Positions 20,701 to 29,455 of a stretch of 64,000 nucleotides of DNA are shown here, piece after piece. The stretch is from IMG/VR virus record IMGVR_UViG_3300010371_000029, positions 32,001 through 96,000 of that record; one strand, 5' to 3'. The DNA comes from a virus. Under the pieces are notes generated by a model. That model had not been told where the DNA came from and searched no databases. It saw only the letters and a program-made list of their open reading frames with translations. Position numbers and translations under genes: made by a program. Numbering within the stretch: position 1 is the stretch's first letter; every line of letters starts with the position of its first letter.

Positions 20701-20814
20701 TCAGGTACGTTCACTCCTTATAACGTTTTTGCCTTATCTATTGCTTCAGGAGTAAAATTTGCATCTGTAGAGGTTAATGGATATGATATTATTCTAGTAC
20801 CGGATTGTAACTAG
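17704..20814 (+). CDS. putative baseplate hub/tail tip protein
   Basis: 1036 aa; N-terminal 'FLGASVVSFNSEIGWG...LTLTLVED' hub-like segment; synteny. Confidence 0.5.
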   Translation: MTTPLTQATFLGASVVSFNSEIGWGSTPSVLTLTLVEDPAQNQHFTKPDPGTPVVFSYGNFSFGGIIQKWTEIHNLSMNPGYEVVVNDPREILEGAQVILSEYGGPTEGVPNLINAYGAYEFGFSGLTDQGIPWNSVLPVLEDSVLTLNGYQFTVDYSNLPKAPFYYVMPGLNESVLSLISTVCFDGGCDFIVNMTQSPQKKGGPKNVITIDVIFRVNQSPSANSSILKYVNANTNIQSYTYGKELRNEPVAAFLMGGPIAEIYQSASLMQFWGFDVNGNPITNSDVIPLDARPLNNAIIGPTYVTSVTEMRIAMGSQRGWEAYLALNNPDLAAALGLYPALNLGPLVNEYVFVGNQAIDKAGNTLSASQVVARVFEDTANRATLASESDFDTIFNPISALYKFIVGIAREYYGRKYLCQLPFVLSYIDQYSQQVVFSRSPVEAGWMESLGFGQTPIGISNENKYFFQVPDGRYVPFVVYNTTDNVDLTNISNQNAVIDNGAIYVKTTVDPQVITGGTGGFNPFALAPQVMGNIPYAVVTVDEPVLHLVDAIGFPPLYGMMNWLQSNGVPKQFIQEMLRAAATYPIAIPMPNLPYTPSAAAIPLDNKTICYGPWSVCQKGVQGKVEVVRDENLVPWNFGSVNFMNIAALDKIQRFATGQLIMEAGSVEQAGIPAVNIGQALISGGPTVTNISCQQAIEGIVTAYQMQTYTRRFGDFGKYDVQRFMILGRLNARYINSIRNFYALFNKFNITSLTGVISKLNRIANAGAAATNPFGVMNAMVGQYGSNKVASASIEGMIARLNADDDNTYKGIGGCSMDGIWRTFSTDPNEQNLPHFEQAASGTPSPTVSDLHPFPSGNDIERLVYGKTYPASGLLSKVGYDQNSVRSIGLRGPLVVAGWGYDTKNFPVPNKTPDSPGDDFADDYLTNQNNWKCGPVDLRWDNNKKTWVAQGVTVKFGILQGGIYGSPWGVGSGNFFASGLANILNIKGSGSNTYFEMDPSGTFTPYNVFALSIASGVKFASVEVNGYDIILVPDCN

Positions 20815-20844
20815 GATAAACCTTTTAAAGAAAATCAAATTTTC

Positions 20845-22554
20845 ATGAGCTACGGAAGTAACCACTGCTGTTTAAATTATAGTGATGAATTCCACGATTT
20901 AAATAATCGGTTGGGTTCTTTTGATGTGGGACCTTTAAATGATGGAAGTGGTTACATTAGTAATGTGTGGGTTCAAGTGAGTGGAACGTGGAGTGCGGCT
21001 AGTGGTATTCTAACTGGAACTGGTTCACAAGCTTTCTTAAGGTCAAATAGAACTGCACATGTTTCTTCACTTATAACTAGTAATACTAATGGGATAATTA
21101 ATAACGGGTTTGGTTCTGGCTTATTTACAACATGCTTTGAAGAAAACCCGCAAAAATGGCAAGAAAAGATAGGTTTTAAAGTTTTACCATTTAATTCATA
21201 TATCAGTTTTCAAGGAAAAGCATCTGGTTTATATGAATATCCTTATGACAGTGTAATGGAACCGTTTTATGTTGGGCGAGGAGCAGAGATAATTGTAAAA
21301 TCTGGAATTGGTGGTTTAGTTTGGGGAACGGGACAAGATTTTTTTGAAAATCCAGGGACAAAAGAAGATAATGATTTAACAAAAAGAGGGGCATCGCTTT
21401 TAATTTTAAATAATAATAAACTTCAATTTTATCTTGCTGCCGGTCCAGATAATAGTTTTCCAGCATTTTATCCATGTATGTCTGGAATTCCATTTTTCAA
21501 AGTTAGAGAAGTAACAATACCGCCGTCTGGGAATAACAGAATAAGTTTAAGAACCAGTTATGGTAATGGAAATTTTGGTGCTCGCGGTTTTGGCTGTTAT
21601 TATGATGATGAATTATTAATGACAATAGAACCTAACGCTATGGTTGGGGGTTTTAACCAGAACTCAGGAGCTTTTGATGGTTGGGGAATTTATGCTAGTG
21701 GGACCACTAAATTTTCTAGTTATAAACAGTTTTATACAATACCGGATTATATTCCAAGAGTTTTTGCTTGGCCTAGTGGACAGCCAGGATTTTATTTTCC
21801 AGAAAACGATATTTTGGCCCCTACTGTTGCAAGTGGACAAGTAGACCAAATAATCAATACCCAAGCTAGCGGAAGTTTTATAAATAATTTTTCCGCTTCG
21901 GGTAATCCTACAGATTTAATTTTCCCTAATTTAAGAGCTTGTAAATCACATAGGGGAATTTTTTGGCCCGATACTGATTTTTTCCCAGAAACTTGTGTTA
22001 TAACTATGACTATGAATACTAATGACCCATACTTAAGTTCTTGTGGAACGAAAACCAGTTCTTTAAGTTATAGGTCCGACCCAGAAAACACTGGAGATTT
22101 AGATGGGGTAACTACTCCAACTTCTATTCCACCTATCCAACTTATAGGAGCTACTTATGGAGAGGAAACACAAAATTTCACAGTAAAAGTAGCACCAGGA
22201 ACTACAGTCCCAGGTGTGGATTTAAGAGAATTTAATCCTCCAAATTGTTTTGGGGTGTCAATAAATATTATTTTTAATGAAAGTCTAGTTAATTCTTGTG
22301 GACAACTTTCTTTACCAAGTGGATGGACCTTGGGAAGTGCTACCGGATATGGCAAATTATTTCCAGATTTTTCACAACTTGTGATTTATGGTAATGGTAT
22401 ATTTGGTTTTGGATATTCTGTGATATATTCTAATGAATCTAATCTTTTGGGGCCATTTATAGCTTCCCAAACTTTTGCTTATAGTTATTTAGATACGTCA
22501 AGCGTACCTCATAATTTTACCACTACTTATTCTATAAACGTACAATTCATGTAA
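20845..22554 (+). CDS. putative tail fibre/receptor-binding or lectin-like virion protein
   Basis: S/G/F-rich beta protein after hub candidate; N-terminal Cys pair. Confidence 0.4.
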   Translation: MSYGSNHCCLNYSDEFHDLNNRLGSFDVGPLNDGSGYISNVWVQVSGTWSAASGILTGTGSQAFLRSNRTAHVSSLITSNTNGIINNGFGSGLFTTCFEENPQKWQEKIGFKVLPFNSYISFQGKASGLYEYPYDSVMEPFYVGRGAEIIVKSGIGGLVWGTGQDFFENPGTKEDNDLTKRGASLLILNNNKLQFYLAAGPDNSFPAFYPCMSGIPFFKVREVTIPPSGNNRISLRTSYGNGNFGARGFGCYYDDELLMTIEPNAMVGGFNQNSGAFDGWGIYASGTTKFSSYKQFYTIPDYIPRVFAWPSGQPGFYFPENDILAPTVASGQVDQIINTQASGSFINNFSASGNPTDLIFPNLRACKSHRGIFWPDTDFFPETCVITMTMNTNDPYLSSCGTKTSSLSYRSDPENTGDLDGVTTPTSIPPIQLIGATYGEETQNFTVKVAPGTTVPGVDLREFNPPNCFGVSINIIFNESLVNSCGQLSLPSGWTLGSATGYGKLFPDFSQLVIYGNGIFGFGYSVIYSNESNLLGPFIASQTFAYSYLDTSSVPHNFTTTYSINVQFM

Positions 22555-22856
22555 TGATTGAAACACCTCCCTGTGAACATAGAATTAAATTAGAAGGCAC
22601 CGATAACTATATTTTTTGTGCTAATTCTAATGTAGACGCCAAAGGTGGGATAGTCCCCATTCAAATGTGCGGCATTTGCCCACAACGAACTATACCCTGT
22701 GAAGAACACAGGCAGGTCCCAAAGGACCTAAAATGGGTATCCCGTGGATTTGGAGATACTGTAAAGAAATTTACAGATATGATAGGGATTAGCCCGTGTG
22801 GGGGGTGTCTTAAACGTCAAAGGGAGTGGAACGCTGCTGCTCCCTACAATGAATAA
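22554..22856 (+). CDS. small Cys-rich protein
   Basis: C-terminal 'G(F/L)GDTV......GI.PCGGC..R...N' motif common in phage proteins. Confidence 0.6.
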   Translation: MIETPPCEHRIKLEGTDNYIFCANSNVDAKGGIVPIQMCGICPQRTIPCEEHRQVPKDLKWVSRGFGDTVKKFTDMIGISPCGGCLKRQREWNAAAPYNE

Positions 22857-22859
22857 ATG

Positions 22860-22866
22860 GTGTATT
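22860..22866 (+). promoter_or_regulatory. candidate late promoter motif GTGTATT
   Basis: AT-rich intergenic stretch upstream of GAGGT RBS and gene 22900. Confidence 0.35.
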
Positions 22867-22899
22867 TTAAATTGTGATATTTAATTAACGAGGTAAATT

Positions 22900-23523
22900 A
22901 TGGCTGCTGCGATTAGTTTTTACGGCCGCGAAAGCACGAATATATATAGTATGGCCGGCTCGGGGATTGGTTTCTTCGGGGCGGGCGGATTTGGCACGTC
23001 AGTTGCAGTAGGTGCCTATCAATTAACGAGCTATATTACTAGTGCGGACGGTTCTATTATGGGGCCGGAAATTAATAACGTGGTTTGGACCCACCCGAAT
23101 AGTGGTATAGTCGGACAAGTTGGCCCTTCTCTTCCTCTTACCTATATTCCTAATAACCAAGCCACGCTTAATATTAGGTTCACTTTTGACTCTATTTGTA
23201 AGGTCCAAAACGCCCAATTACGCATTTATGACCGCTTTGATATAGATAACCCGGCTTCTGGAGTTTTAACCCAATGCGCTGAGTTAATCCATCCGAATAG
23301 TTCTCAAATAGCGGGAGGTTCGGGGGATACGGCTTGGAATCAGCCAGCGGGAAATAGTTCGATTATGAACCTAGTTGGAAGCCCCGGAAGCGGAGGATTA
23401 TCTCCTTCTGGACTAAATACTCAAGACACCCAACATGACTGGTATGTAGCTATTAGTGCCAGCCCTGATTCTATAGGCAGTAAAACTCAATATGGCTTAT
23501 ATGTCAGTTTAGAGTATATTTAA
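22900..23523 (+). CDS. putative virion structural protein
   Basis: GAGGT RBS; G/S-rich beta protein. Confidence 0.5.
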   Translation: MAAAISFYGRESTNIYSMAGSGIGFFGAGGFGTSVAVGAYQLTSYITSADGSIMGPEINNVVWTHPNSGIVGQVGPSLPLTYIPNNQATLNIRFTFDSICKVQNAQLRIYDRFDIDNPASGVLTQCAELIHPNSSQIAGGSGDTAWNQPAGNSSIMNLVGSPGSGGLSPSGLNTQDTQHDWYVAISASPDSIGSKTQYGLYVSLEYI

Positions 23524-23526
23524 AAA

Positions 23527-23922
23527 ATGGATAATCTAGATAAACTGCGCGCTTTGTCGCAAGTCCTCGATTTCAATGAAACTTATCCTAATTTGAACCC
23601 TCATAACGATGTTATTCTTGCTATAGATTCTAATGGAAAAATTATTATCGTAAGTCAAGCTATTACAGATTTATTTGGTTGGAAACAAGAAGAGATATTG
23701 GGCAAACATATATCAACTTTAGTACCAGAACCTCATGCTAGTAAGCATGATGAATATATAAGAGAATACATTAAAGAACACAACATTGAAAAAACTTGTA
23801 TAGGAAGGGTTATAAAAGGTAAAAGAAAGGATAATACGTTAATAGACTGTTATTTATCTATCAATCAGGCTAAATCTCTGCGAGACTGCATAATCGTGGG
23901 AATTATTCACCCGCTGGAGTAA
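23527..23922 (+). CDS. stand-alone PAS-domain protein, FixL heme-PAS-like
   Basis: 'ILAIDSNGKIIIVSQA...LFGW...EILGKHISTLVPEPHASKHDEYIREY...IGRVIKGKRKDNT...YLSI' is a PAS S-box that closely parallels FixL. Confidence 0.85.
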   Translation: MDNLDKLRALSQVLDFNETYPNLNPHNDVILAIDSNGKIIIVSQAITDLFGWKQEEILGKHISTLVPEPHASKHDEYIREYIKEHNIEKTCIGRVIKGKRKDNTLIDCYLSINQAKSLRDCIIVGIIHPLE

Positions 23923-23923
23923 C

Positions 23924-24208
23924 GTGATGAACCGAATTTCGGAAGGGTGGTACGAATATCGGAAGCTGGTTTTGAGTGAGTTGCAGAGACTTACGAATGA
24001 AATTAAAGAATTGCGCAAAGCTCTTGATGAAATTAAAGATTTAATAGATGAAAAGAACCAAGAGTGTTTGGACGATATTCAAGAAGTAAAAGATAGATTA
24101 GGGCCATTAGAAGTAAAAAGCGGTCTAAAGACCGCTTTTATCTCTGCCGCCATTGCACTATTCTCTGGCTTGGCCTATGTTATTTATGCTTGGATAGCTA
24201 AGAGCTAA
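23924..24208 (+). CDS. coiled-coil protein with C-terminal transmembrane helix (holin-like)
   Basis: Coiled coil followed by hydrophobic 'AFISAAIALFSGLAYVIYAWI'; last gene of the late arm. Confidence 0.5.
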   Translation: MMNRISEGWYEYRKLVLSELQRLTNEIKELRKALDEIKDLIDEKNQECLDDIQEVKDRLGPLEVKSGLKTAFISAAIALFSGLAYVIYAWIAKS

Positions 24209-24704
24209 CAACCACGCTGTCCCAGCTATAAATCTTAGACATTACGGTTTCCAGTAAGCCCTTTAGTCGAATAGCCTCCCCGAAACTAACGTAAATGATA
24301 GCTTTCTTCAGTGGCGCATCTCCAACCTTCTGACTGACGCTCATTTCATACTTACCCTCGGGGAACTTATCATTCCCGTCTAGGTATTTGAATTGAAGGC
24401 AAACGTTTCCATTAGCGTTCTGATGGTACAAACCGGTCGGGTTTCCGTTCTTTAGACCGCCCGCGTACCCCTTCATTCCCGACAAGCACGCTAGAAGCTC
24501 GCCAATATCATTTTCACCCAATTTCATTACAATACAACTTTCTTTATCCTTCCAGGTAAAAGTTGCGTTTCCATTAGAATCATTTTCGCCCTGCTTAGCA
24601 AAAGTTAAGAAAAGACTCTGCTTATCGGGGACAAATTGAAATGAAGCGGCACTCCCATTACCAGAATTATTAGCGCGGAAAATACGATAATCTTTTAAAT
24701 ACAT
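24198..24704 (-). CDS. putative Whirly/PC4-like ssDNA-binding protein
   Basis: 'LFLTFAKQ...F.WKD...MKLGENDIGELL...LYHQ...SFGEA..L..LL' pattern. Confidence 0.45.
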   Translation of the reverse strand: MYLKDYRIFRANNSGNGSAASFQFVPDKQSLFLTFAKQGENDSNGNATFTWKDKESCIVMKLGENDIGELLACLSGMKGYAGGLKNGNPTGLYHQNANGNVCLQFKYLDGNDKFPEGKYEMSVSQKVGDAPLKKAIIYVSFGEAIRLKGLLETVMSKIYSWDSVVVSS

Positions 24705-24705
24705 A

Positions 24706-25362
24706 TTAGCCCTTTAAAACTTGAGGAATTTGCTTGGGGTCGTTACGAAAACTATTTAATTGCGTCAACATTTTTACACCGTTTTGATAAGTGTCTTTCT
24801 CAATATCGCCTCCGGTGTAATAATTTACGAACTTGTCATAATCTATCTTTACCTTTCCACATAACATTTTGATTGTATTAATCTGATTATCTGTAATAGT
24901 GGGCGTATCTAGGTTCACTTCAGCTTTTTCTTCTGCGGCAATACTTCTTAGGCCGAGAGCTTTTCTATAAGCCCGCCCTTCTGCTCTAGTCTCCGCTATT
25001 GCCGTTGGAAATACCTGAAATGTTTTATCTGTACAATTTCTAGGAGTACAATCCGCCGCCCCAACAAAACAACGAAGTTCACTATCCTCTTGTAAAGTTA
25101 TCTTAAAAATTGCATTTACAGAGTGTTCATCAACATATGAAATTTTAACTTTTTGGTCAATAATAGGACCTAAAAGTAACTGAGTTACTCGTCTAAGCCC
25201 ATCTACTGTAGGCTGTCCATCCACCAATTCTTCTGGTGAAAATTCAGACATGACATAATCATGCCACCCTATTGAGAATGGTGACGGTCTTTCCTTATAA
25301 TTTTCCGGCACTGAATCTTCATTTTCTTTAACATTGTTGAAATCAATTTCTTCTAAACTCAT
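24706..25362 (-). CDS. putative Rad52/Sak-like ssDNA annealing protein
   Basis: 'PTVDGLRRV...F.GAAD...AIAETRAEGRAYRKALG' and C-terminal 'ITDNQINTI' motif. Confidence 0.5.
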   Translation of the reverse strand: MSLEEIDFNNVKENEDSVPENYKERPSPFSIGWHDYVMSEFSPEELVDGQPTVDGLRRVTQLLLGPIIDQKVKISYVDEHSVNAIFKITLQEDSELRCFVGAADCTPRNCTDKTFQVFPTAIAETRAEGRAYRKALGLRSIAAEEKAEVNLDTPTITDNQINTIKMLCGKVKIDYDKFVNYYTGGDIEKDTYQNGVKMLTQLNSFRNDPKQIPQVLKG

Positions 25363-25585
25363 TAATAATCTCCTCTATATCCATGGTTTCATCAATATAT
25401 ATTATATTATAGCCTCTTTCCTTTAAATTATCAATCTTATCTCCTAATTGAATAGCAATTTTTTTATCTGGTATAAGGATATCAATAACGGTCTTAGACC
25501 GGGGAACAAAATTTCTTACGTTTGGTAATGCTACTAGACCCAATTCTCTCAATTTTAAAATAAGGTCTATATTAAATTTCCGCAA
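25343..25585 (-). CDS. short nuclease-like hypothetical protein
   Basis: 'IDILIPDKKIAIQL...LKERGYNII' resembles a truncated DUF559-type nuclease. Confidence 0.35.
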   Translation of the reverse strand: MRKFNIDLILKLRELGLVALPNVRNFVPRSKTVIDILIPDKKIAIQLGDKIDNLKERGYNIIYIDETMDIEEIINEFRRN

Positions 25586-26069
25586 GAAACCTGCCTAGTT
25601 GGAAGTCTGGAATAATCGCATCACACTTAAGGTTATAATTATTTTCCAAGACTTTTTTATGGTCCAAACATCGGGCAATTAAGTAATATTTATGATATAT
25701 CTCTCTGAAGAATTTTTCGTTAATTGGATAATTTTTTTCTTGTTGAGCCCACAATGCGTAGCTATATGTATTATGCCTAAGAAACTCAAGGTCCCACACA
25801 TAAAAGAACTTTTGGGCCTGATTACAAACTCTTTCCATAAAAAGAGCCGTGTCTATGGAAGTAGAAATTAAAGGTCCTATATGGCCGAAACATTCATTAA
25901 GCTGCATTACCGAAAAAAGGGGTTTAATGATACTTAAAAAATGTTGATTACAATAAACAATAACGTCTATGCCCGAATATCTTTCTAAGAAATTATTAAT
26001 ATTCTTACAAAGTAGATAGCTCAATTCACTGTGGCCCAAATTGTCTACTAAGATACCTATTGACTTCAT
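25572..26069 (-). CDS. glycosyltransferase-like fragment/hypothetical
   Basis: 'KFFYVWDLEF' GT-B N-lobe-like segment; lies in the glycosyltransferase cluster. Confidence 0.4.
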   Translation of the reverse strand: MKSIGILVDNLGHSELSYLLCKNINNFLERYSGIDVIVYCNQHFLSIIKPLFSVMQLNECFGHIGPLISTSIDTALFMERVCNQAQKFFYVWDLEFLRHNTYSYALWAQQEKNYPINEKFFREIYHKYYLIARCLDHKKVLENNYNLKCDAIIPDFQLGRFLAEI

Positions 26070-27061
26070 GTAAGTTCCTTTAACATTTTCTCAATCCTGT
26101 TTATATAGGTATGTTCTTTCAAAACAATAGACTGGGCCTTTTGTATATATGGAATACGTTCTTCGGGATTTTTAAGGTAATGGAAAATTTTATCCTCTAG
26201 GTCTTTTACATCATCGAAATATACCACGCTATCCCCGAAAAAGTCAGTGCGGGCCGATTCAATATTCTCGCTTAGGGCGAACCCACCCGATGAAATCACT
26301 TTAAATATACGTTCACTTACGTCAAATCCGAATTCTTTTGAGAGCGGCTCATAAATGCATGGGCAAATTCCGGCGGATTTAAATAAATCTTTTACATTAT
26401 TAGAATCTATCCCGCCCAAATATTGAGAAACTGGCCATAATGAATTTCCATAAATTTTTATATTTAGTTTATAATTTTCGTGACAGAATCTTATTAGATA
26501 ATCCTTCAGATTCCTTGCCTTGTATTCCCAATAACCGCCCACAAATGCTAGGTCGCATATATATTCCTTCTTAACTTCACCTTCTGAATATACTAAAGTG
26601 TCCGCCGCTAGGGGGAGGGATACTACTTTTAGACCCCATTCCGCCCAATATCCCATAGTAATAGGAATCCACCTATCGTGATAATAGGCAAAAACATAAT
26701 GTGGGCGTCCAGTGTGTTTTATTAGACCAGCTACGTTATTCAATTCTTCCTGAGTCGGAATCTGAACAGGCGTAGTTTTGAACTCTTTATTAATCTCCCC
26801 CCAAGTCGAGGCTTGTAGGATTACTTTCAAATTTGGTCTTAGAGCGATAGCTTTATGAATCGCACTATTTATTGCCCACGTTTCCCCAATATATAAATCC
26901 GGTTCAAATCGGTTAAAAACATCAAGAGCGTATTCACGTTTAAGGTCAATGAAACGAAAATCGTGTCCTAAATATGTTGCCGCATTTTTCCAACCTTCCC
27001 TATAAAATCCAGGGGCGGAATTAGCTTTATTGCATAATATCTTCAAAGGCGCTTCCTTCAC
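26066..27061 (-). CDS. glycosyltransferase (CgeB-like, GT-B)
   Basis: 'LPLAAD...DLAFVG...ERIFKVISSGGF.LS...VLKEHTYINR'. Confidence 0.8.
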   Translation of the reverse strand: MKEAPLKILCNKANSAPGFYREGWKNAATYLGHDFRFIDLKREYALDVFNRFEPDLYIGETWAINSAIHKAIALRPNLKVILQASTWGEINKEFKTTPVQIPTQEELNNVAGLIKHTGRPHYVFAYYHDRWIPITMGYWAEWGLKVVSLPLAADTLVYSEGEVKKEYICDLAFVGGYWEYKARNLKDYLIRFCHENYKLNIKIYGNSLWPVSQYLGGIDSNNVKDLFKSAGICPCIYEPLSKEFGFDVSERIFKVISSGGFALSENIESARTDFFGDSVVYFDDVKDLEDKIFHYLKNPEERIPYIQKAQSIVLKEHTYINRIEKMLKELT

Positions 27062-27216
27062 TGTCTAACAAGAAGTGTCTATTAGAATTAACGGTAAAAT
27101 TTGTTCTAAAAAGGTCAATTAATTGTTCGTATGTTATACTACCATCCCAAAGAAGTTTATAATTTTCAGTCATAGGTTCAGGTTTTGGGGCGAGTTATTC
27201 TTAACATTTCATACAT
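27027..27216 (-). pseudogene. frameshifted tenth member of the LL[KR][IL]TR-tag family
   Basis: ATG at 27216 gives MYEMLRITRPKT-stop (27178); removing one base in CCCCAAAA reads on into PEPMTENYKLLWDG...EDIMQ (TAA at 27027). Confidence 0.6.
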
Positions 27217-27937
27217 TAAATATCCCCCGTGCCTTTTCTATATCCTCTAAGGTATCTATGTCCATCACTCGACACCTAGGATTTTTCTTACCTTCTATTT
27301 GGCCGCCCCTCTCTAAAATCATGTTGAAAATTTCAAACAGATATAATTTCTCATTTTCTCTATTAAAACATAATTTCCTAAGGAGACTAAGTTCTTTTCC
27401 GGTAAGAAAGGTTATCTGTGCCCATTTTTCTGCAAAACTATAAGAGAAATTATCAATAAAGTTATTCGCTAATCTAACCCCAATTTCCCTATGATGGTCG
27501 TCAAAACAACCAGAAATATCTATCAGGGCCTTGGAGGTTCCCTCTATATCAATTAATGCGGAGGAATCAAATACAAGGTCCCCAAATATGATTAAGACCT
27601 TATTATTGTTAGTTGTTCTTAATCCGTGGGCTATACTTCGTACTACGTTAGTTTCCTCAAATCTCTCATTCTCTACGGAAACCGCCCTTGATTTTAAAGA
27701 ATTGGCTACTTTGTCCGATTGGAACCCAGTAACAACAACAACTTGGGCAAGAGGATAGTACGAGTTACAATTATCTATTATTCTTTCTAATACTGTTTTT
27801 CCATTAATATCAATCAAGCACTTAGGGCCAAGTGAGCGCATCCTATGGGCCGCACCGGCAGCCGGTATTATTATTGTAAGGTCAGACCCATCATTTTGCG
27901 GTTTAATAGAAGTTACATTTCTTTTATTGGATGACAC
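27209..27937 (-). CDS. NTP transferase (LicC/sugar-phosphate nucleotidyltransferase-like)
   Basis: 'IIIPAAGAAHRMRSLGPKCL', 'FGDLVF', 'DIDTLED'. Confidence 0.85.
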   Translation of the reverse strand: MSSNKRNVTSIKPQNDGSDLTIIIPAAGAAHRMRSLGPKCLIDINGKTVLERIIDNCNSYYPLAQVVVVTGFQSDKVANSLKSRAVSVENERFEETNVVRSIAHGLRTTNNNKVLIIFGDLVFDSSALIDIEGTSKALIDISGCFDDHHREIGVRLANNFIDNFSYSFAEKWAQITFLTGKELSLLRKLCFNRENEKLYLFEIFNMILERGGQIEGKKNPRCRVMDIDTLEDIEKARGIFNV

Positions 27938-28646
27938 CGTTTTGCCGCCCCGCTAATTTTTGGAATACGTAAGCTCGGTTTTTCGCCCAATTTTCATTTG
28001 AAACACTTGAAGTGGAATTTTGTGGATGGGTTGTATGTCTAATTAAACATTCTGGAATATGTTTTAAAAGGTAATGTTCACTCACTCTTAACCAAAGGTC
28101 ATAATCTTCACATGTTCTAAGGTCCGGGTCATATAATCCCGACTTCTCTAAAGCTTCTTTTTTAACTAGAGAATTGTTATTTATGATGCATTCTTGAAGT
28201 AATCGGGTTCTACTATACGGTTCTTTATATTCCCTAATTAATATATTCGTGTCTTCGTGAAAATTTTCATAATCACTATAAACCGCCCCTATAGCTTCAT
28301 CTTCTAAATATTTGACCGATTTACCTACTTTATCTTGAAGATAAATGTCGTCAGCATCTAAAAAACCAAAAATATCCGTAAAACTGCTAGCAAACTCAAT
28401 ACCAATATTTCGGGCAATTGCTGGACCACAAGTAGAGGAAGTATTCTGTAATACAAAAAGACGGCCGGATTCAATATGATTATCGAATTTCTCATTAATA
28501 TATTCAATTGAACCATCTGTAGAATGGTCGTCCACCACAATTACAATCGCTGGATAATTTTGACCCAAAACGCTATTAATCGCATTAGCTATATATTTTT
28601 TATAATTATGATTAGCTATTATTACACTGACAATTCGGGAGGACAT
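27924..28646 (-). CDS. glycosyltransferase family 2
   Basis: 'VSVIIANHN...VVDDHSTD...ARNIG...FLDADD...EDYDLWLR'. Confidence 0.92.
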   Translation of the reverse strand: MSSRIVSVIIANHNYKKYIANAINSVLGQNYPAIVIVVDDHSTDGSIEYINEKFDNHIESGRLFVLQNTSSTCGPAIARNIGIEFASSFTDIFGFLDADDIYLQDKVGKSVKYLEDEAIGAVYSDYENFHEDTNILIREYKEPYSRTRLLQECIINNNSLVKKEALEKSGLYDPDLRTCEDYDLWLRVSEHYLLKHIPECLIRHTTHPQNSTSSVSNENWAKNRAYVFQKLAGRQNGVIQ

Positions 28647-29455
28647 ATTTGGCCCATAGTTCTAGACAGATGTTTTATACCTATTTTATCTAACGTATAT
28701 TTTGTTAAATAGACTATAGGATTTTCGGAATCTTCGTAATCGTCGGTATTTTCGGGCCGTTCTAATTGTAGAAATAGTTCCTTTTGGCAAATAATAGGTT
28801 GAGCAGCTTCATTAGGAAGTACGGTCGAAATTCTGTCTCCCACTTCATTTATTAAAATATCAACGTTTGCAAAAAGATGCTTATCAATTAAATCGCCGGG
28901 CCGGGCAAAGCATAAATACCTAGAACGTAGTTTATCTGTTTTATTATAAATAAAAGTATATGGGTCGGTTTTATCATTTAGTTGAACAAGTTTCCACACA
29001 CACTTCTTCTCTAAATTCGATGTAAGGACTTTAATTATGTTAGTATAATCATCCCTAGAGCCGGGGACGGTGACTATAAATTCTTTAGGGAAAAGAGTAG
29101 AATCCGCGATTGATTCTATCGTATCAACAATAAATTTAAGCGGCTCATCCTCACAAATCAAAACTACCCCAAACGTTATTCTTGCTTCTTCTCTAGCTAC
29201 TTCTCCCAAATCGGTCAAATTTAGTTCTACCTCAGGGTCCTGAATTTCTGCCCATTCGTGAGTCCTATGAAATTGACAAATCCTATCTAATATTTTAACA
29301 AACTCACTATCTTCGTCTTCAAAAGCGGTTACAGTACCCCCATTAGCTTCGAGCAAATCTATCCTATTAAGGTAACAATCAATCTGACGGTCTTTTCCCG
29401 CTACGGAATCATAAACAGCAAAAACACAATTTTTACAACTAGTTTCAATAATCAC
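28622..29455 (-). CDS. hypothetical protein with Cys-rich N-terminus and degenerate GT2-like C-terminus
   Basis: 'CKNCVFA...C...C'; located in the glycosyltransferase cluster. Confidence 0.4.
   Translation of the reverse strand: MIIETSCKNCVFAVYDSVAGKDRQIDCYLNRIDLLEANGGTVTAFEDEDSEFVKILDRICQFHRTHEWAEIQDPEVELNLTDLGEVAREEARITFGVVLICEDEPLKFIVDTIESIADSTLFPKEFIVTVPGSRDDYTNIIKVLTSNLEKKCVWKLVQLNDKTDPYTFIYNKTDKLRSRYLCFARPGDLIDKHLFANVDILINEVGDRISTVLPNEAAQPIICQKELFLQLERPENTDDYEDSENPIVYLTKYTLDKIGIKHLSRTMGQICPPELSV

Noticed and set aside
758-22355. Short antisense and alternate-frame ORFs within the structural genes
   Set aside because: Fully nested in long ORFs, no recognisable motifs; treated as shadow ORFs.
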